DNA of 64,000 bases, from assembly GCA_964247055.1 (NCBI GenBank), contig OZ176059.1, forward strand, positions 1,612,001-1,676,000. The letters run 5' to 3'. Source of the stretch: Paragordius varius. Taxonomy: Eukaryota; Animalia; Nematomorpha. Positions 55,343 to 64,000 of this stretch are shown one piece after another (the first letter of the stretch is position 1; the number at the start of each line of letters is the position of its first letter). Under the pieces are notes generated by a model, which saw only the letters and a program-made list of their open reading frames with translations, was not told the origin of the DNA and made no database searches. Made by a program: the position numbers and the translations under genes.

Positions 55343-58300
55343 CAAAACAATTAATAGTTTTGATTTTGGATGGACAAATTATTTTAAATTTAATGTTTTG
55401 GGCGTCCTAGTTAGATAGAGAAAAATTTAAATTATACGGACAAAATGTTACAATATAAAGATACAATTTTTTTTTTCATCCAAAAGACAACCATACTTTT
55501 TTAATCAGTATTTTTTCCCATTTAAATTATATGATCACAAACGTAAATTACATAATTGATTGTGCTACTAATTTGCATCTGCATTCCTGATTTGCAATTA
55601 AAAAACATGACGAGTTATATTAAAAAAGTACAGTAGGCTTTTGAAAAAAAATATTTGTCTTATTTTCACTATTTATCCTTATAATTTCAATTTTTACTGT
55701 ACAAACCTAAACAAAATTTTTGCAGCTCTATTTGTAAAGAAAAACCTTTTACCAAATCAAAATATGATGACACTATGCGGCAAAAATAGGAATCGAAAAT
55801 GTTCTATTTATAAATTATGTATACCATTTACAATTCAAAATTACCCTCGAACAACTCAAACTCACCGTTGAACAATTCAAATTTACCCTAAAAATTAATT
55901 ATGTGTTTTGGGATAATATAATGCAACATTCGACATAGTTTATTATTTTTTCAGCATTATATTAATTTTAAACAGAATTTCATATTTCGAAAATATTATA
56001 GAATAAAGGTAATTTTTAATCTTAAAAAACACATTGTATTTTAGGGTGAATTTAAATTGTTTGAGGGTGAATTTGAATTGTTCAAGGGTGAATTTTAACT
56101 GTAAATGGTATATCATTTAATGGCTAAAAGCTTCAGGATAATAAATATTAAAAATAAATGCAGTTATTTTAACTTTTCTGCTATTAGCCCAAATCAAAAA
56201 ATCGCATTCCTGACGACCATTAGGTCAAATATAACTAAAAAAATGGAGAAAAACGCGTATTTGATAATATTTACCATAAAGATATTCCCAAACACAAAAT
56301 ATTATCGATAAAAATTATCCAAATTTTTAGAGGGTCTGTGAAGGACATACAGGAATGAATGCTAAATAGATGCAATTTGGCGTCAAATTAAATCCAATAA
56401 CTCGTTGCTATGCGGTAAAAAAGTTTAAATTTCATTTTAACTATCACATATTATTATTTTAGAGTATTCCCAATATATTTTTCAAAAAATCATTTAACGC
56501 TCACATAAAATGAAATTTAGCGTATAATTTTTACAAAACATCCAATATTGTTATAATAAATACCATCCATATATACAATTCGATGTAGATAAAAGATTTA
56601 TGGATTCTGTTTTGATTTGGGAAGGTTTTACGCCCCAAAGTTGTGATTCATATTACTGCCATATTTGTTATGAATCCTGTATTTTGGGCATATAAACCTC
56701 CCATATTAAAAAACTGAGTCGATAGCTTTGTTCACGATCATATTGTCCATGGAAGGCATTTATAATATATTTATATTGGATGTTTTGTAAAAATTATACG
56801 CTATTTCCCCTTTGAGGCAGATTGCAAAAAATCTTTTATTAAATCATTTTTTTAAACGCGACATATTGTTTATACTCTAAAAGTAAATATATGATACTTA
56901 AAATAAAATTCAAAATCTTTTACCGCATAGTAACAAGTTTATTGGATTCGAATTCAAAGTGCAATTTTTAAGCATTAATTCCTGTAAGTTCTTCAGGGTA
57001 TCCCGCTGAACATTTATAAAATCCTCGATAATATTTTGCGTATTGAAAAATCCTTGGGACACATATTATCAAATAAAATTTTGTTGACGCGTTTTCCTCC
57101 TTTGTATTTAATTTTATTCGGCTTAATGATGGCTAATAGCAGAAAAATTAAAATAATTTTCTTTCTAGATGTTAGCCACATTTATATCTGACATTTAATA
57201 TTCTGAAGCTTTTAGCTATCAAAAGCATATAAAATATTGCTGCGCACCGTGAGCCTGATATTTACACGTCACGACCTTTTGGGGTAGATAATATCCCAGA
57301 GCGATTGAAATCCGATTATCTTATGGGAAATATGATTACTTTAGCCTTTTAGGCGCATAAAATTTTAAGAAATGAAAAATTGTTAAAATATCTTCATCTC
57401 AAACTTTTTCGCCACCATTTTTTCCTTTAATTCTTTTTACATCGCTACTAATAAGTGTACACTATGGTTACATCTACATAATTAACAAGTAAATTTATAT
57501 TGCATTTTAGCAGCAAAAACTTATTAATATTGATCAAAAAATTAACTGTTTAGTTTAATCGTGAACCGTCCCGATTTTAAACTAGAAACTACAAAATTTA
57601 AAAATAATATATGCATAATTATCTAATACAGGAGATCAATGTTAAATTTAAAATAACTTTCAGTAGTTGATTTACAAAATTGAGCTCTGGGATATAAAAC
57701 TACCCCAATATATCATCGGGGACAAAAAAGTGAAAAGGTCATGAAATGTTAATAAAGTCTAAGTCAGGATGGAACACTAAGTTGACTCAAAGGTTTTAAC
57801 TTTAAAATAATAGAAAGCTTAACACTATTTAAAAAACACTCGTTGCCATCAAACACATCCAAATGTTTTTTTCACGTTCTATTAAAAAACAGCTTTTCTA
57901 AAATATTAAATAATATTACAACTTATGTTTTTAGTATACCTTCCAATATACGATAAAAAAATCTTATAATAATTATATTTATTTAATAAAGTTTTTAGCC
58001 AAAATATTGCTATTATATTTTGATCCTTAATTTGTTGAAATGAAAATCAATTAAAACAGGACATAGACTGTGATAAAAAATTCAGCCCATTTGTATGTGA
58101 GGACAAATGATATTTTTCAAATTTTTTATAAAATATTATATATTTTATTTTGTTTAAAACACAAATTATATTATTAGCTGCGCTAAGCAAAATGGAAAAC
58201 TACCATATGTTATAAATGAAAAAAAATATTTTACGTGTTGGATTGGTTAGTGCTAGAGTACTGACTATTTTGTTTGTCTGCCATAAACTACATATTATAT

Positions 58301-61008
58301 ATATAAATATATTTATATATATACCAGGGGTGTCCAAGACAAATGGCTTGGAGAGCCACAAAATAAACAGTATAATGTATTAATTTTCATTAAATAACAA
58401 AGAACTAGTAAAAATATTATAATTTTGCTAGATTTGCTGTTAAATTGTACTAATATGTATAAAAATTAAAAATATGATGAAATGCATGGACAAATTAAAC
58501 TTAATTTTTAAATATATTTGACATTGATGAAAGCACAAATATAGAATATAATACAATGAATTGTATTCGAGAAATCGATGAGCTTTTTTCACAGAAAACA
58601 ACTTAAACTAATCCCACTTAAATTCCTGTTGAACCGGTTTTAGCATTAAAGTATCAATTAGATATATATGTATGGGCTATCGAGGTATCTTTTATAATTG
58701 TATTGAAATTCGACGTCTTAATAAAGATCGATATTAACAATGCACTGCTAACCTGGATTTGAACATAATTTTTTACAATGAATCATGTGTTTAGAAATGT
58801 AGTTTTTTTATATAATCATCTGCTTTAAAGCATAAACATCTGGTCTATTGAAGCATATTGATATCAAATTGATATTATTTAAAATTAAATTTTCAGAGAT
58901 ATGATGGTTCTTTCACTAAATAGATAAAAAACATTTACCGATTGCAAATATTTTCTAATACGTAATTTATAACTCCAATAATATGGGTATTGCTATATTA
59001 AAAATAGGACTGCGGTTTTTAAAAATATGGCTCTTTCACTAAATAATTACTAAAAAAAAGTTTACCAAAAATAAGTATTCTAAAAATTTTCAGATTGTAA
59101 AGGAAATACATGATTAAAAGAATGCGAAGAATTAAAAATATAAAAATTAAATTTAAAATTTTTCTTTACAAATAAAAACTTTACATCGCCACTCAAAAAT
59201 TAATTTGTTAAATTTTTTAAAGAGCTACTCAAAATTTTCAAAGAGCCACAAACGTCTCCGGAACCACGTGTTGAACACCCCTGATATATACAGTATTCAT
59301 TTTAATGTATTTCACAATATTGTTGGGCGATTTGCAAATAGTGTTTGGAAAAAAACAAAATGTTGAATAATCAATTTTTATTCATTTTCCATACACTGCT
59401 GTTTTGCAAATTGCCAAGTGTGAAATAAGCAACCAGTAAAATGCATACTGTATATTAGTGGTTCACAAAAGGGGGTCTAGAAAAATCCAAGGGGGCGAGA
59501 AAAAATTGGAGAACTTATAAAATAAAACCAGAATCAAATTGAAGGATTTAGGTGAAAATTATCAAGATTTGTCACCGATGTTAAAAAATATTCCAAAAAT
59601 TGCAAATACAAGGATCTCATTGATAGGGATTTTTTAATATTATAATAAATTTTACATTTTTATCTTGGATTTTTTTGAGAGGCAGATTTTTTTTTGGGGC
59701 GTGAACAACAAAAGTTGGGCCACTGCTGATCATTTGAAAGTTTTGTAGCAATATTTAGAGGATGCTTAAACACTTCACAACACTTCAAGTTTGTTTAATA
59801 AAAATTTTAAGTATCTTGAAAATTTAAACAATTTTAAGCCAAAACTGTATAAATTAACTTTGACCCTATATTGTCACATCTTCAAACATTCATTCAATCT
59901 AAAAAATTATTTAAGATAAAAATAGAGGTGTTCACGACCATTAAATACAACTGAATGTATTTATAGACTATGTTGACTTTTGTAATACACTAAATTTGTT
60001 ACCGAGGATGATAAATAAATTAAGCAAGGATCAAATTAAAAGCTTTTTTAGTTCTAAATACTAATATACACCTACCTACAAATTTGGCCAAATAGTTATA
60101 CCGATATTATTTTTTAATGTGTATTACTGCATTTTAGCAATTGTCATACACAAAAAATATGGAAAACAGCTGACTACAAAACAGAATTTCGTAACTCCGA
60201 ATTCGGACAAAATTTGAATTATGTTTGTAAATCTCTTATAGTACAAAAATAGGATTATCAATTATTCATTATATATATATTTGTTACTGTTGAAAATTGG
60301 GATCTTGCAATTCGGACAGAAAATTAAGGACTGTTTGCCTTTTTTGTATGCTAAGTATGGATTGGTAATTATATATCAATGATCTGTTTGGACCAACATT
60401 TAGCTAATATATTTATATATATAAATATGTTAATAGAATTATTAGAGATATATGACTCTTACTATTTACTAAGGGCAAAATATATATTAGAGTACGCGCA
60501 AGTTTTAATATATTTTTTACGTTTCAAAAATGTTCGATTAAATATATGTCATAACATATAATATAGCAAAAGTCGTCATATACATAATATTTACGGATAG
60601 AAAATAATTTTACCTTGCTATAGAGTTCGTGGACGTATTTGTCGCTTAAAACAGGGGCATCAAATATATACTTTAAACTCTAATAAAAATATTCATATAT
60701 ACATATATCAAATAAATGGAACTAATTATCACTGAATTTTGAATATAGACATTATACCTGAATGTAACTTTTGTATTTTTGATGTGGATGGAATATTTGT
60801 GGTAATTCTTGGATTACTTGAATCATTTGTTGTTTACCTACCTCTACTAAATTCTTCATACTTTCTATAATCTTTATATAAGAGAAACAATTTTAATAGG
60901 TTAAATATTTTGTCACTTTCTATAATTTGTTCCAAATTAAAGCAATCATATAATAATTGAGTGCTTGCCCCCCATATCACATAACTCACTGCGACTAAAA
61001 AGGGGCAA
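48156..61008 (-). CDS. Divergent M13 (neprilysin/ECE-like) metallopeptidase homologue lacking HExxH; 5' end and middle unresolved
   Basis: Phase-consistent 3' exons: one ending at 54015, then 53550-53470, 53341-53280, 52168-52089, 51771-51746, 51408-51372, 51007-50936, 50547-50443, 49361-49309, 48546-48156. Upstream exons: 61008-60917, 60864-60758, 60670-60614. Matches to the M13 pattern: LYDCFNLEQIIE (LY.SC.N...IE), LLPESKELVYRPILPP (P..NEIVFP..ILQPP), SIGAFLGAIVSHGFE (IG.VIGHEITHGFD), NFTKKQLVHISNAHIWC (FT..QLFFISYAQVWC), RKTFKC (AFNC). Confidence 0.65.
49433..49607. mobile_element. Hairpin MITE, CAGTATGC family
   Basis: TA|CAGTATGCATTTTAATGGTTGCTT...AAGCAGCCATTAAAATGCATACT. Confidence 0.75.
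52368..52557. mobile_element. Hairpin MITE, CAGTATGC family
   Basis: TA|CAGTATGTATTTTGATGGTTGCTT...AAGCAACCATTAAAATGCATACT. This element accounts for most of the spurious ORF 52313-52546. Confidence 0.75.
54723..55197. mobile_element. Long TACC-MITE variant (degenerate)
   Basis: TA|TACCATTTGCACTTCAAGGG...GTTCAAGGACCAACTTGAAATGTTC...TTGCAAATGATA. Confidence 0.65.
55771..57251. mobile_element. Foldback element with CACTATG and CACGGTG ends and a nested TACC-MITE
   Basis: Arms at about 56120-56575 and 56750-57217 are inverted (GCTAAAAGCTTCAG vs CTGAAGCTTTTAGC; GCTATGCGGTAAAA vs TTTTACCGCATAGT). Candidate outer ends are CACTATGCGGC at 55771 and GCGCACCGTG ending at 57251. No TSD. Confidence 0.6.
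55822..56110. mobile_element. TACC-MITE copy
   Basis: TA|TACCATTTACAATTCAAAATTACCC...GGGTGAATTTTAACTGTAAATGGTA|TA. Confidence 0.8.
58325..59283. mobile_element. Non-autonomous hAT element with 8-bp TSD
   Basis: TIRs CAGGGGTGTCCAA and TTGAACACCCCTG. The identical 8-bp flank ATATATAC occurs at 58317-58324 and 59284-59291. Confidence 0.85.
59291..59450. mobile_element. Hairpin MITE, CAGTATGC family
   Basis: TA|CAGTATTCATTTTAATG...AAGCAACCAGTAAAATGCATACTG|TA. Confidence 0.75.
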
Positions 61009-61374
61009 CTAAATATAAATGTATATGGCGTATTCATTTATCCTTGTTATACAGTCCATTTCAAACTTTTTTAGGGATAATTTTTTTCAGGTTTTTTAAT
61101 ATACAACATCCGTGGTAACAAAACATATTATAAACGAATATTAATTAATTGTAAATGCATCATTAAATTGTTACAACAAATTTTCTTTAAGTCCTGTCCA
61201 AATTAGGGACTTAAATTGATGTTTAATTATATTTTATTAGACTTTTAGGTATTCGGCTAGGAGACAAAAGCATTCCCACAATGTATTTTTTTATAAATTT
61301 TCTTAAGGGTAATGAGTGTTAAAAGGTTTTTTTATTTGTCTCTATTTGATTAGCCTGACAATATAAATCTTATG

Positions 61375-62510
61375 GGCGGTGATAAATATTGAAACATTTT
61401 TAAATGCAAATAAATTTATTTTATTCACAATGTACATTGACTTCTACACAAATTACTCATCTTTTAAGTAATATATGAATGGCAGGACAGAAAAACTGAT
61501 GGACGACTTTTACGGACCAATCATCAATGCATTTTCCAGCATCTTCGAAATAATTGAATTGTTGCTGTGCGAAAATGTGCCCCATTCATGTGAAGTTGTA
61601 TCAATCAGGTAGGCCAAGAGAGTTCAACGGATGCGGAAAATTTTATTCGAACCGAATTTAAGGTATCTTCCATTGGTTTTGCTATTCGAGACAAAGCATG
61701 TCATGTGGCAAAATCGTTTGGCCATGTTTTCTGACTAATTTCGGTTGTTTTTCTATCAATGCAGGCTCTTTGTATATTAAAATTTCACAGTGACCTCAAA
61801 ATATAACGTACAATCCGCTCTAATCACAAGACACAGTGCATGGTTTTCCTCCCGAAGCTGTTTGGCCCTATTGTGGATGGAACGGTATGGCAAGATGAAA
61901 ACTACAATTTTTACGGATTAAAAATAAAGATATTACTCATCATCCGTCTCGATTCAATGAAATAATGATTTCTTTTCGTTATTTTAAAGCAGGGTTTCCC
62001 AAGTCACCTTGGGATTCTATTTACTGTTTCCAAATTATGACACATTTATCTAGTATCATTTATTGGTCTTTCTCATTGCTCATACACACCTATTGATTTT
62101 TGTGATGGATGTTTCTATTTTTGTAAAGTTTCAGTTCCATCATCATTCAATAACTCTTGCCTTTTGGTGTCTTCGCAGTTGTGTGGCTTGCCAGAGCGCC
62201 TATCATTTTTCACATGATATTACTTTTATTAATTCGAAACCATGTTACACATGTGTTAATCGATAGAGCATGTCCAATATGTTTCTTTCCGCAAACTTTG
62301 GTTTCAACAACCATTTTCCTGATGACAATATTTCCACAAAATGTTCTTTTTCAGGCACAAAATTCGATTTGAATACTGAAGTTGCTATTTTTGGTGAGTG
62401 AACTTAACTTGTGTGTGTTTTTCGATTAATTATAGAGGAACAAATGGGGTATGTTTCAAACTTTGACATTTTCTTTTAATTAAACCGGTAAAAACTTATA
62501 AAAACACTTG
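61375..62510 (-). mobile_element. Decayed mariner (Mos1-like) transposon
   Basis: Frame-hopping minus-strand translation: SNFVPEK (about 62367), GHALSINTCVTWFR, RRSGKPHNCEDTKRQELLNDD, PNSFGRKTMHCV, PHPLNSLGLPD, GHIFAQQQFNYFEDAGKCIDDW. These are colinear with the mariner transposase. Confidence 0.85.
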
Positions 62511-62938
62511 AGCTTGCCAAATTCATAATTAAAAATGTAGTTTTTCCAATTATTCATTGGCTTTATCCGAAAAATATGGGTCACATTGAGCATGAGGTAA
62601 AAAACTGTATTTAAGCAATTTGGTGAAGAATTTTCGTTTTATCAAGTTACAATGGGTAAAACTTTGCATCAGATAATAGTTAAATATACATAATTTAAAG
62701 ATTGGTAAGCGTCTAAAATGCAAAAACAATTTGAAATATTAGAAATCTATTATAAAATAATAAAAATGTTATACAATGTGTTTTCCGTTTTTTGTACAAA
62801 TAGGCCCTTAATCCATTTATACCAATTTAGAGTTTTATATTTCACGTCACATACAAATCTATCATTTTCTCCTTCTTGAATCAAAATTATATACTTTGAC
62901 AGCTCTACATTTCATACATAAATAGATATAAGGATTAC

Positions 62939-63113
62939 CCTTTTGTTCGGATACCATTTTTTGACATATTCTTGGTATATAAGCGGGCTAAACCGTAGGA
63001 ACACGAGGGAACCACATTCATATATGGCTTCTGAGTCTTGAAACTGTAAAGCCTGTCTTAAATCCCCATACAATTTTTTGATTCCGTGAATCATGAGATA
63101 TATTCGAAAATCT
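62939..63113 (-). CDS. Probable coding exon, possibly an upstream exon of the M13-like gene
   Basis: Open, GC-richer segment bounded by CTTTAG and AGG|GTAATC (DFRIYLMIHG...YVKKWYPNKR). It could not be phase-linked directly to the exon starting at 61008. Confidence 0.4.
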
Positions 63114-64000
63114 CTAAAGCAAAAAGTAATATAAAAACACAAAATATAAAAAGTAAAAGATTTATATTTTTTATCGATAATGAAAAATCTAATTATAATA
63201 TTACAAACCTTTCGTTTGGGTCGCAAGTTAATGCATAGTGATGTAAATTGGTTGCAAAATAAATTATTAAATTGTTATTAAATTATATGTATTGTGTGAC
63301 TAAATAAAATTATATTTTTTGGAAATTATTTTGTATAATTTACCTGCTGTGTAAACTTCTAAATTTGTCGATATCGTTCATAACTTTTTGAAAGTTTATT
63401 GGGAGGGCAATTTTTAGTTCCGCAATTTCGGAGGTTTTTAACGTTGGAAACATGCGACGAAAGTAATTAATCCAATTTATCTACAAAACAAATGAAAATA
63501 TTTATGTTATTGCTCTTAAACATATTTTCTAAGATTTAGATCTAACGATATGAAATATTTTGTTAATGCTATAAAAAAATTTATTATCAAAAAAGTTAGA
63601 TGCGTAACAATGAGCTATTCCGATATATTGGCATACCATATTTCTCGATAAAAAGTTTAAGAAAAAATTTATATTTATTACATAAGGGGGGTTTATTTTG
63701 TTTCAAACCTAGCACTAAGAGCGCGGAACTTTATTGGAAACAATTGATCTCATTTACAATTTAGAATAATCTTATTTGCAAATTAAAAATTATTTTAATC
63801 TCAAAATATGATGTTGATTCTTAATGATGACTTTAATTAAGCCTGTCCAATATTTTCCATAATAATTTTATGGGTGTAATAATAGCCTTGGATAATGTAT
63901 AAGGATATAATCTTTTATGCATCGGTAGTATAAATAATTTAATAGCCTAAGCGTTTATTTGAACGCTTTCAAAATTTTAGGCGAAATTCTGCAGACCAAT

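Overview
This is very AT-rich nuclear DNA from an invertebrate animal; the species cannot be identified from the sequence. It has spliceosomal GT-AG introns from 32 nt to several kb and a heavy load of non-autonomous DNA transposons. I assembled six genes by hand. (1) A rhodopsin-class peptide GPCR (+, 701-3181). (2) A large Asn/Ser-rich unknown protein (-, about 4.1-8.4 kb). (3) A 12-Cys Ly6/three-finger protein (+, 13858-14370). (4) A 19-exon phosphoacetylglucosamine mutase PGM3 (-, 23248-37302; 832 aa) with large insertions. (5) A 76-aa secreted Gly/Tyr-rich peptide absent from the ORF track (+, 47272-47791). (6) A fragmented, apparently catalytically dead M13/neprilysin-like gene (-, 48156 to at least 61008). 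Mobile DNA includes a decayed Ty3/Gypsy element with an inverted duplication, an RTE-type LINE fragment, a decayed mariner, hAT-type elements, several TA-flanked MITE families, a probable tRNA-derived SINE, and long-TIR foldback elements ending in CAC(A/T/G)(G/A)(T/C)G, one with perfect CACAGTG ends. No CRISPR, rRNA or intact tRNA was seen. All homology calls come from recalled family motifs, not database searches.
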